Shown here: in pieces, positions 1-8,318 of the stretch
How positions within the stretch are numbered: the stretch's first letter is position 1
Layout of the letters: each line of letters opens with the position of its first letter
Notes under the pieces: model-generated
Database searches by the model: none
Told to the model about the DNA's origin: nothing
The model's input: the letters and a program-made list of their open reading frames with translations, nothing else
NCBI GenBank assembly: GCA_964441565.1
Contig: CAYTWW010000003.1
Coordinates: forward strand, 60,037-124,036
DNA: 64,000 bases
From: an uncultured Methanosarcinales archaeon
GTDB taxonomy: Archaea; Nanobdellota; Nanobdellia; Woesearchaeales; GW2011-AR15
Reading direction: 5' to 3'
Translations under genes and position numbers: made by a program

Positions 1-810
1 TGGATACCGGCGAATGTCGGCCATGCTTTGATCTGGAGAAGACCTGATCAGGATACTTATTACTCCCATCATGCATCCTCTCTATCCAATGCAGCAATGC
101 AAGGATCTGCTATAATCCAAGGCTTGTTTCCAGGATATGCTCCAACATTGGCTCTTATCGATCCTTCTTGTTATAGAGAGAGTCTAGCTCTAAGACATGA
201 TATTCCTGACTGGGTCAAGGTCTGTGTCAGGAACAGACGGGTCTGCTATAGCATCGACATCGCAGAGTCCTGGGGAAAAGGAAGACTAGAAGAACTGCCT
301 GTAGAAGATAGGCGAGAGCTCATCCATGAATTGATGCACAAGGTCTATCCATTCTCGTCAGTTGTCGCTCATGTACCGTCTCATCTGATGGAAGGAGTGG
401 CTGAGATGGTCCCAAGGATGGTACTGGGTTATCAGCTGTCGATGCCTGCCAGTATCGATTACCTTCTCAATACTCTGCCAGATGAACTGATCGATGTGCA
501 TGAGATCGACCAGAATGGAGAATTCCATTATTCACAAGACAGATTGAGCTTCAACAAGGCGTACATGTCAGAATTTGCCTACACTGTTGGACTATTGATG
601 CAGCTCAAAGGAGATCTCCTAAACGGAATAAATTACCTGAGAGAATGTGCAAGGCAGACTGATTCCATGCGTGAGTTCAACAGAATCACAAGGGGTGCTG
701 TCAAGATGACGACACATGATCTTCAGCTTGAAGGTATCAATCACATCAGGGAGTATCTTGCAACATGCAATACATCCCGCGGATCGAGGGCTTATCTAAC
801 CATGCTTTGA
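1..810 (+). CDS. Partial CDS: putative gluzincin-like zinc metallopeptidase (HExxH)
   Basis: Frame 1 is open from base 1, so the gene probably starts upstream of the window. It contains 'ELIHELMHKVYPF' (HExxH) followed by 'HLMEGVAEM' (possible third-ligand Glu). TGA stop at 808-810. Confidence 0.45.
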   Translation, partial: WIPANVGHALIWRRPDQDTYYSHHASSLSNAAMQGSAIIQGLFPGYAPTLALIDPSCYRESLALRHDIPDWVKVCVRNRRVCYSIDIAESWGKGRLEELPVEDRRELIHELMHKVYPFSSVVAHVPSHLMEGVAEMVPRMVLGYQLSMPASIDYLLNTLPDELIDVHEIDQNGEFHYSQDRLSFNKAYMSEFAYTVGLLMQLKGDLLNGINYLRECARQTDSMREFNRITRGAVKMTTHDLQLEGINHIREYLATCNTSRGSRAYLTML

Positions 811-992
811 TCGACTGTCTCTTTCTTGCCATCGTATTCGACGATGTCGCCCACTACAAGCTTCTTCTTGTTCCTTGTCTCGACTGTGCCATTGACTGTC
901 ACTTTGCCTTCCCTGATCAGGTTCTTGGCTGCGCCGCCAGTACCTGCCCTGAACTTGATCTTCATGAATGTGTTTAGTTCGATGTGTGGCAT
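792..992 (-). CDS. S4-domain RNA-binding protein (YbcJ-like)
   Basis: 66 aa. 'GGAAKNLIREGKVTVNGTVETRNKKKLVVGDIV' matches the S4/YbcJ pattern. Its 3' end overlaps the previous gene by 19 nt, convergently. Confidence 0.7.
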   Translation of the reverse strand: MPHIELNTFMKIKFRAGTGGAAKNLIREGKVTVNGTVETRNKKKLVVGDIVEYDGKKETVDQSMVR

Positions 993-1065
993 CCTGGATA
1001 GGATGAGCCAAGGATTTTTCTATGTTTCCATATCCAGAAGTTAAAAAGAAGAAAATAGGCAGGAA

Positions 1066-3255
1066 TCAGCCATACATCGGCCAGACTCCGCCATCTGAAT
1101 ATGGCAGTTCTATCTCTCCGATCCCATCCATGTCATCCAGGCTGTTCATCTTTATCTGCTTGGACGATATGGTATAGAGCACGTCGTCCATGAAGAGCGA
1201 TCTCCTGACTGCATAAGGAGAATACCACCAGTAGTTGGATTCCTCCCCGTCAAGATGCGAGATCTTGCCCTTCAGCTCGAAACCATCCTCTGGCGTGAGA
1301 CCAAGTACGTAGGCTCCCTGCCACACTCTCTGGGTATAGTAGCCTCTCCTGCTGTCATAGGTCTCCTTACCTTTCACTTCACGCACAGGGATGACTAGGA
1401 GGTCCTTCTTCCTATCGAAGAGGAATGCCTTATGGTCTCTCAGCGCTTCTGAGTCAGTTCCTGCCTCGCCGATGATGTACTGATCGAGCTGCTTTGGCTC
1501 TGCCACATCTGAGACATCGAAGAGCGCTACCTTGACACCTTTGATAGAGACTCCGCCCCACTCATTGTCGCCAGTCTCCTTTCCGATGCCTATGATATGA
1601 TCCTCATCATAGGGATGCAGATAGTCCGAGAATCCTGGTATCTTCAGCTCACCAAGGACTGAAGGCTTCTCGGGGTCTGACAGGTCGATCACAAAAAGCG
1701 GATCGATCCTCTTGAATGTGACCATGTAGAGCCTGTCCCCGATGAACCTTGTTGAATATATCCTCTCGTCCTCTGCAAGGTCCTCGAGCTTTCCTATTAT
1801 CTCCAGTTCCTCGTCAAGGACATATACATTGTTCGCCTGGTATGAAGAATCCCTGGTCCAGAATTCAAGCGTGGTCGCGACCCTGAGATTCCCATCGTGC
1901 TCATCAAGCGAGAACTGATTCAGGAGCCTTCCAGGCACCTCCCCACGCTCTTCATATCCTACTTTCGCATCTGCGATGCCCAGCTTATGGATCACTGTCT
2001 TCCTGCGCTCCTTCTCATACTGCGCCTCATAGTCCGCGACCTCGTCCTGGATCTTTTCGAAGAGCTCTTCCTTGGAATCCTCATCCATACGATTATAGCC
2101 TTCCTCAAGCGCAGCGGATATCTGGTCCCATTCCTCATGCGCAGGAAGATCCTCATCCATGATCGCCCGGATCTCAACCTGCATGCCATCAGGGAATAGA
2201 GGGAGGATGACATCGATGAACCTCTGCCTCTCATGGATCCTGTATGAATCATATGGCATGTTCTTCTCATAGGTGATATACATGTTGTCCTCAGAGACAT
2301 AGATCGTGTTCGAGTATCCCATCAGGAAAGTCTTGGCGTCGATCTCTTCAGACGCTAGGTCGAATCCTGCGACTGTATGGAAGACATAGTCTGTCTCTGG
2401 ATTGTCGAAATAGTAGATATCCGGCCTGAGGATGGTCTTGTCCATGTTCCTCACCTCAGGGATGCCTACATAGTTATCATAGTAATAGACATATTCCTTG
2501 GTGATGAAGTAGACATCATCCCCGATCATCCTGCTCTGGAAGTATGTTCCCTCGATCTTGTAGTCCCTGACAAGCTTAGGTTCCTCCCTGTCTGTGATAT
2601 CATAGACATAGGCATGCACGACTGTCGTATATCTTGGCCTTGGGATGATGTCATACTGCTCGAATCCCATCACCTCATCATTCTCCTCAGCGAACACGAC
2701 TGCCCTGTCTCCATTGATGAACAGCTCCTGAGGAGTGCCGTCTATGTCTGTCTCTGAAATCTTCTTCGCTGATTCTGCGGGGAATGCATCGACAATGACC
2801 AGCTCACCATCTGCGATGATATATATGTACTTATCGTCATTCTTGACAAAATCTGCTTCGTCGACACCTGCGACCTGGACATTGGTCTGGCTGTAGTCGG
2901 ATGCGCCGTTCCCGGAAGCACCTTCCCCCGATGTGCCAGAGACTGATCTGGCACTGTCACCATCCATCATGGGAGCAGGTGCTCCTTTGGATCCTCCAAC
3001 TGACTCCTCGGCAACTGTCATTATCATGTCCCTTCCAGCCCATCCTCCGTAACTGACAGCATAACCGGTTGTCTGGCGCTCCTTGAGGAATTCGATGAGC
3101 TCGTCCTTGCTCGCGAACTTCTTGATGTCCTGGGATGCTTCCAGGTCTAGACTGGTCCCTGGGGCCTTTATCATGTCGACTATGTCTATGTTATTGTCCT
3201 CGACGCAGGATGCGAGCATCATCGCGAGGAGAATCGATGCGAAGATCCTTCTCAT
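1066..3255 (-). CDS. Secreted beta-propeller domain lipoprotein (COG4880/Beta_propel-type)
   Basis: 'DYSQTNVQVAGVDEADFVKNDDKYIYII' is the hallmark of the C-terminal beta-propeller family. N-terminus 'MRRIFASILLAMMLASC' has a lipobox. I chose the ATG at 3255 over the GTG at 3264. Confidence 0.8.
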   Translation of the reverse strand: MRRIFASILLAMMLASCVEDNNIDIVDMIKAPGTSLDLEASQDIKKFASKDELIEFLKERQTTGYAVSYGGWAGRDMIMTVAEESVGGSKGAPAPMMDGDSARSVSGTSGEGASGNGASDYSQTNVQVAGVDEADFVKNDDKYIYIIADGELVIVDAFPAESAKKISETDIDGTPQELFINGDRAVVFAEENDEVMGFEQYDIIPRPRYTTVVHAYVYDITDREEPKLVRDYKIEGTYFQSRMIGDDVYFITKEYVYYYDNYVGIPEVRNMDKTILRPDIYYFDNPETDYVFHTVAGFDLASEEIDAKTFLMGYSNTIYVSEDNMYITYEKNMPYDSYRIHERQRFIDVILPLFPDGMQVEIRAIMDEDLPAHEEWDQISAALEEGYNRMDEDSKEELFEKIQDEVADYEAQYEKERRKTVIHKLGIADAKVGYEERGEVPGRLLNQFSLDEHDGNLRVATTLEFWTRDSSYQANNVYVLDEELEIIGKLEDLAEDERIYSTRFIGDRLYMVTFKRIDPLFVIDLSDPEKPSVLGELKIPGFSDYLHPYDEDHIIGIGKETGDNEWGGVSIKGVKVALFDVSDVAEPKQLDQYIIGEAGTDSEALRDHKAFLFDRKKDLLVIPVREVKGKETYDSRRGYYTQRVWQGAYVLGLTPEDGFELKGKISHLDGEESNYWWYSPYAVRRSLFMDDVLYTISSKQIKMNSLDDMDGIGEIELPYSDGGVWPMYG

Positions 3256-3449
3256 TAGTATCACCAGGAATACTGAATATGTTGAGTTTATTAATTTGTA
3301 TCCTTGACTTCAGCCAGGATGGAAGCTAATGACGGGATAATACAGACAAATATCACATACTACATTTTTTGTATGTTTGTATAGAAAAGTATATATACAC
3401 AATATATCATTTATATGACCAGGTAGCCGTTTTCGTATACCAATAGCAA

Positions 3450-3611
3450 ATGACAAAGAAAAGGGTCAACATACTTGTGGAAGAGGATCTCCATGTGAAG
3501 GCCAAGGTCATAGCAGTCCTCAAAGGCATGACCCTGAATGATTATCTTGAGAAGGCGATCGAGGAGGCTGTCGAGAGAGATAAGGGAACGCTCGACAAGA
3601 TGAGAAGATGA
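3450..3611 (+). CDS. Ribbon-helix-helix (CopG/Arc/MetJ-like) small DNA-binding protein, 53 aa
   Basis: Not in the ORF track (<60 aa). Translation is 'MTKKRVNILVEEDLHVKAKVIAVLKGMTLNDYLEKAIEEAVERDKGTLDKMRR', which reads as beta-strand plus two helices. Its TGA overlaps the ATG of the next gene (ATGA at 3608-3611). Confidence 0.6.
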   Translation: MTKKRVNILVEEDLHVKAKVIAVLKGMTLNDYLEKAIEEAVERDKGTLDKMRR

Positions 3612-6202
3612 GGAGGATACTGCTTCTTGTCCTGCTCTTCCCTCTGGCATATGCAGCATCTGTAAATACCCTATCTCCTGCTGCAGCAGACCTCTGCGGA
3701 AGCTATCCGGATTATCTGACATTGCAGGCTTCCATAACATCAGCAGAGCCAGGGACAGCTAGCCTGCAGCTGCTTGGGCAGGGACTTGATCATGTGTCGC
3801 CGCAGTCTGTGCAATTCGGCAGCGGGACGACTGTGCAATCTTGGATCGTGCAGTGCTCTGGAGGGACAGGGACCGTGATCGCATACTTGAACTTTTCAGA
3901 CGGTTCAAGCAGTATCGGCGGGAAGCAGAGTATCATCACACTGCATGCTGATGAGCAGCTCTCAATAGAAGCAGAGTTGGATGGGGAGGAGCATTATGAG
4001 GACGGAGTATACTATCTGAAGGAGGAAAGACCATCGATCACCGTGAAGACAGAAATCGAGAGCACATGCAGAGCATCCTTCTCAGATGATGAGTTCGAGG
4101 AGATGTCCATGCTATTCACAGGCACAGCGAAGCTGCATGAGCTTAGACTTGCATCCCAGGAGGAAGGGATGCATACATCATATATCAGATGCAGGACGCA
4201 GGCTGGAACGATAGGATCTTCTGCGCTGGACTTCGTCATCGATACGAAAGGTCCTCAGATCACCTTCCACACTCCAGGAATATCTGTGCGGTCATATGCA
4301 TGGATCAACATCACCACAGATGAGGAATCCGATTGCAGGCACAGCAAAAGCGACAGGTCATACTCGGGCATGGACAACTTCGATGAGGATTCCGGGAGGA
4401 GATTCTCAAGCATAGTCGAGCTTGAAGAGGGAGAGAACGACATATATGTCGAATGCCGCGATTCCCTGGGGAACTCCAGGAGATCGATGTTCTCGATAAG
4501 CTCAGAGGAGCCTCCGAAGGCCAGGATCGAGCTTTCTGATGAGAGCCCTGTGAAGGAAGGTCTTGTCGAGGTGACGCTCAAAGCGACAAGAGAACTCAGG
4601 GAAGAACCTATCCTCACATATGGATTCACTGATTCCTCCACATTCTCACGCCAGGTCTCGCTTGTGAAAGAGGGGACTGGATACAAAGGATTCATAGTGA
4701 TCGAGAAGTCAGACCTGACAAGGATCGGTGTGTTCTCTTTCAAAGGATATGATCTCGAGGGAAACCTTGGGACAGAGATAATCGAGGGCAAGAATTTCCT
4801 TGTCGATACCACACCTCCTGTTGCCGTGAGGACTGTGGAGGCTGTCCAGGACGACGGCATCCTCCTCAGATGGTATCACGACGGGGAGGAAGCCTCACAT
4901 TTCAATGTGTACAGGAGCACATCACCTGGAGTAGACTATATCCACTTCCACCGGAAGGTCTCTTCTGACGAGATGACAGATGATGCGGAGCCAGGAGTCA
5001 GGTATTACTACAGGGTCGCTGCAGTGGACAGCGCTGACAACATAGGGGCGCTGTCAAAGGAAGTCTCGATCACTGCCGGAGGGACTGCTGCCAGGACTGA
5101 TGCGCCAAAATATGAGACGATACTTCTCCTGAACAAGACACTTAGGGAGATCTCCCAAGCTGAGCTGGATCTGGAATATTCTGTTCTCGGACAGCATGAG
5201 CTGGCAGGGGAGCTCGGCCTTGCGAGGAGATCTGAAGAGGGAAAAGATGAGCTTGCCAGGCTAAGATCCTATTTATCATTCGAGGATCCATATTCTGCCT
5301 CAGAGGATGAGCTCAGGCAGGCGCTCGACCGCGCCAGATCAGGGTTTGAGGCTGCAAGGAAGACAATACCTGTCAATATGGAGCCTGGACAGACCAGGAA
5401 ATCTGCGCATACTGCTCCTGAGCCTGAGATCATGAGACTGGCAAAGATCGTCATCGATGGCCTCAATCTCTCTGAGAGGGAAGAGAAGTCCTACCTCAGG
5501 AAGAACCTGGAACTGCAGGAGCAGATCGAGGTATCCGTCCTCGTGCAGCCTGTTACTGTGACTTATCTTGACAGGCATGAAGAACAGCAATTTGTGATCG
5601 AGAAGACTGTCACTGGAGAGCTTGCAGGAGTCAAGATACTTGAAGCTGCAGGAGAAGCACAGATTCTGACTGATGGCCATGTGCTCATCCAGAAGGGAGT
5701 CTTTGGATGGAATATAGATGAAGCTGGATCCTTCTCCTTCTCCTATGCTGTGAAGTCAGACCAGGAATATCCGACTGTAATCATCAGGCGGCCGGATCCA
5801 GGGACGCAGATCACTGGGCTTGCGATAGGCAGGCTGCCGATGCCTGATTGGGGGACTCTGCCACTCATACTTGGAATGCTGGTCATAGCTGGGCTTGCTG
5901 CCTACTATGTGTTCTATGTGCAGGAATATGATGTCCGGAAGATGTTCAGGAAGGATCCTATCCTCATGCCATCGCATTATTTTTATCTCTCAAACGGTGA
6001 TGTCATGAGGAGCCTTGATGAGTTCAGGCAGATGCTTCCAGGGCTTCAAGAGGATGTGTTCAGGCATCATGTCAATAGGGAGAGGAACGATTTCTCAGCA
6101 TGGGTCAGGGATGTCTGGAAGAAGGAAGGGCTCAGCGAAGCTCTAAGGGCTGCTGATTCCAGAGACGAGATGCAGGCGACCCTGAAAAAATATTTAAAGT
6201 AG
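3608..6202 (+). CDS. 864-aa type-I membrane surface protein: signal peptide, Ig-like repeats, FN3, coiled coil, TM, conserved cytoplasmic tail domain
   Basis: Signal peptide 'MRRILLLVLLFPLAYAAS'. Two Ig-like units end in 'YIRCRTQAG' and 'YVECRDSLGN', the same signature as the repeats of the giant protein. FN3 at aa ~402-489 ('LRWYHDGEEASHFNVYRS...YYYRVAAVDSADN'). TM 'LPLILGMLVIAGLAAYYVFYV'. C-terminal tail contains 'FRHHVNRERNDFSAWVRDV'. Confidence 0.85.
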   Translation: MRRILLLVLLFPLAYAASVNTLSPAAADLCGSYPDYLTLQASITSAEPGTASLQLLGQGLDHVSPQSVQFGSGTTVQSWIVQCSGGTGTVIAYLNFSDGSSSIGGKQSIITLHADEQLSIEAELDGEEHYEDGVYYLKEERPSITVKTEIESTCRASFSDDEFEEMSMLFTGTAKLHELRLASQEEGMHTSYIRCRTQAGTIGSSALDFVIDTKGPQITFHTPGISVRSYAWINITTDEESDCRHSKSDRSYSGMDNFDEDSGRRFSSIVELEEGENDIYVECRDSLGNSRRSMFSISSEEPPKARIELSDESPVKEGLVEVTLKATRELREEPILTYGFTDSSTFSRQVSLVKEGTGYKGFIVIEKSDLTRIGVFSFKGYDLEGNLGTEIIEGKNFLVDTTPPVAVRTVEAVQDDGILLRWYHDGEEASHFNVYRSTSPGVDYIHFHRKVSSDEMTDDAEPGVRYYYRVAAVDSADNIGALSKEVSITAGGTAARTDAPKYETILLLNKTLREISQAELDLEYSVLGQHELAGELGLARRSEEGKDELARLRSYLSFEDPYSASEDELRQALDRARSGFEAARKTIPVNMEPGQTRKSAHTAPEPEIMRLAKIVIDGLNLSEREEKSYLRKNLELQEQIEVSVLVQPVTVTYLDRHEEQQFVIEKTVTGELAGVKILEAAGEAQILTDGHVLIQKGVFGWNIDEAGSFSFSYAVKSDQEYPTVIIRRPDPGTQITGLAIGRLPMPDWGTLPLILGMLVIAGLAAYYVFYVQEYDVRKMFRKDPILMPSHYFYLSNGDVMRSLDEFRQMLPGLQEDVFRHHVNRERNDFSAWVRDVWKKEGLSEALRAADSRDEMQATLKKYLK

Positions 6203-6249
6203 CTCCATCCTCTTTTCCTCCAGATACTACATCTATAGCGACTTTTACC

Positions 6250-6831
6250 ATGAAGTACCTGCTGGCAGTACTGCTGATGGTGGGCACTGCATACTCCCTG
6301 CAAGTGACCCTTGTGCCTGACTCTGAGGGAGATTCATCAGGCTGGACACCGAATCCTTCTGGAGAACACTATGCCAACATCGATGATGCTTCTGAGACCG
6401 ACTATCTCTATCAGCCTCTTGAGACGGATCGTGATGACCTGTTCGGGATCAGCTATCCAGAAGAATTGTCATCTGCACTCATAGACTCTGTGACTGTATT
6501 TGCACGAGCTTACAAAGCAGGCCAGGCCACAGCTGTGGGATGCGATCTCAGCCTGCTTGTCAGATCAGGAGGAATCACAGATGCTAAGCTTGGAGCATCT
6601 GACCTGACAGCTAGCACTGCGACATACAGCCAGACATGGATGACTGATCCCTATGATGGCCAAGCCTGGACAGCCCAGGACATACATCTCCTCGAGATAG
6701 GGATCAGAGGGAACAGGCATAGGAGCGGAGGAAAGCACAGGCAGCCGTATGTGACACAAATGTGGGCAATCGTCGACTATACTGATGGAACAGCGCCGAC
6801 AAGAATCCGCCCTACTCACGATATGGTGTAG
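6250..6831 (+). CDS. Secreted protein, N-terminal part of a gene interrupted by an in-frame TAG
   Basis: Signal peptide 'MKYLLAVLLMVGTAYS'. Ends at TAG 6829-6831. The same frame stays open for 21 codons to the ATG at 6895, and an Ig-like repeat spans the stop (see findings). Confidence 0.7.
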   Translation: MKYLLAVLLMVGTAYSLQVTLVPDSEGDSSGWTPNPSGEHYANIDDASETDYLYQPLETDRDDLFGISYPEELSSALIDSVTVFARAYKAGQATAVGCDLSLLVRSGGITDAKLGASDLTASTATYSQTWMTDPYDGQAWTAQDIHLLEIGIRGNRHRSGGKHRQPYVTQMWAIVDYTDGTAPTRIRPTHDMV

Positions 6832-6894
6832 GGAAGTCGAGCAACATTCATCTTTGAGGCCTGGGGACAGTCGCAGCTCACATGCTCGCTTGTC

Positions 6895-7755
6895 ATGGAT
6901 GGAGAGCAGGTCGTCAGCATGCAACCTTCAGGCATCAGCAATTTCACATTTGAGTTTCCAGGGAATGAGACAATATGGCAGATATCATGCATCGATATGG
7001 AAGGCAACACCAATGTGTCAGAGAGCTGGGTCGCTACGTTGAACCATCCCCCTGTCGTGGTGTCCTCGCCGGTGGAGCCTGTGGAGATGAAAGCAGGAAG
7101 CGAGAGCCATATCTCATGCAATGGCACAGCCTTAGATGATGGAGCCTTCACGATCAATGCCACTGCGTACCTAATAGGGATGGAGGATACGCCATTGAAC
7201 CTTAGCAAGCATATAGGCTCCCTATGCGAATCTGATATTATTGGTGGGATCCTGAAGTACAATTGCAGCATCGACCTGCCATACTATGCACTGCCTGGTG
7301 AATGGCAGTTCAAGGTCGTCGTGGCTGACCAGTACGGTGGATCTGAAGTATCATATCAGGCATTCACTGTGCCACAACTTGCAGCTATCGAATTCACGAC
7401 AGACATGATAATGCTTGACACCGGATCGAGCCTTACCATCAGGAACATGGGCAATGTGATACTGGATATTGACTCCTACGCCTATTCTTACGATGACATG
7501 GATGCTGCTATGGTCTGCGACTACGGGAGGATACTGCATGAAGACCTCAGGTTCAGCATAGGTGAGTCAGAGTTCGAGGATATGTATCCTGTAGGATCAA
7601 TCGGCCTTCCGAAAAAGGCTATCGATCTCCATATCTCTGATGAGCATGTGAATGCATCAAGGCAGATCCACTATGGCATGAGGATCCCTGACCAGGCAGG
7701 AGGAGTCTGCCGGGGACTGATGCACTTCGATGCGAAGATTTTATCAAATCCCTGA
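6895..7755 (+). CDS. Secreted Ig-like protein, C-terminal part (frame open from 6832); paralog of the CDS at 39678-40580
   Basis: Same frame as 6250-6831. 'IWQISCIDMEGNTNVS' is the repeat signature. The distal two domains align with the CDS at 39678-40580, including the ending 'AGGVCRGLMHFDAK' versus 'AGGVCTGRILFTAQ'. Confidence 0.7.
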   Translation: MDGEQVVSMQPSGISNFTFEFPGNETIWQISCIDMEGNTNVSESWVATLNHPPVVVSSPVEPVEMKAGSESHISCNGTALDDGAFTINATAYLIGMEDTPLNLSKHIGSLCESDIIGGILKYNCSIDLPYYALPGEWQFKVVVADQYGGSEVSYQAFTVPQLAAIEFTTDMIMLDTGSSLTIRNMGNVILDIDSYAYSYDDMDAAMVCDYGRILHEDLRFSIGESEFEDMYPVGSIGLPKKAIDLHISDEHVNASRQIHYGMRIPDQAGGVCRGLMHFDAKILSNP

Positions 7756-7769
7756 TAATCCGATGCTAG

Positions 7770-8318
7770 ATGCTTAGAAAGATCGTCGCCATATCGCTTT
7801 TTGTGTTCTGTTCAGCTTATGCTTTCATCTTCATCTCAGCGCTAAATGGTCCAGTCAGGGATAATGGTGACCCTGCTAACCTGAGCATGCGGCATCTGGA
7901 CATGGGAGAGCTATCGCTCCACAGCACGCCATCTGACTGCTGGCTCCTCATCGATGGCAAGGTATATGATATCACGCCATACATACGCTCACATCCGGGT
8001 GGAGCTTCTATGATAACCATGAACTGCGGGAAAGATGCGAGCGCAGCATACAGCACAAAGGGTGGCGAGGGGAAGGATCATTCCGGTGGAGCGAAGGCGA
8101 TGTTGGATAGCTACTTCATTGGCAAGCTGGGAGGGGAAATAGATGCGGTTCCTACGAAATCGACAGCTGACCCTGCCTCTATTGTCCTGGAAAGATATCC
8201 TGGTGCGATCATCGATGAGATCGAAGAGGAGGATGAGGGGACAAAGATCAAGATTATCAATCAGGGAAATGAGATCCAGGTGCTTGTCTCTGGTGGAGCG
8301 ATCGTGGGTGAGAGATGA
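7770..8318 (+). CDS. Membrane-anchored cytochrome b5-like heme-binding domain protein
   Basis: N-terminal TM 'IVAISLFVFCSAYAFIFISAL', then 'CWLLIDGKVYDITPYIRSHPGGASMI...GKDASAAY' (cytochrome b5 HPGG motif). Confidence 0.75.
   Translation: MLRKIVAISLFVFCSAYAFIFISALNGPVRDNGDPANLSMRHLDMGELSLHSTPSDCWLLIDGKVYDITPYIRSHPGGASMITMNCGKDASAAYSTKGGEGKDHSGGAKAMLDSYFIGKLGGEIDAVPTKSTADPASIVLERYPGAIIDEIEEEDEGTKIKIINQGNEIQVLVSGGAIVGER

Noticed and set aside
3411-3740. 109-aa minus-strand ORF
   Set aside because: It overlaps the RHH gene and the signal-peptide region of the 864-aa gene, both better supported. It has no start signals.
6829-6831. Pyrrolysine or genome-wide TAG reassignment as the explanation for the in-frame TAG
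   Set aside because: TAG terminates many well-delimited genes in this window (e.g. at 6202, 9559, 17659, 31615, 37918, 44057). No pyl genes or methylamine methyltransferases are visible here.
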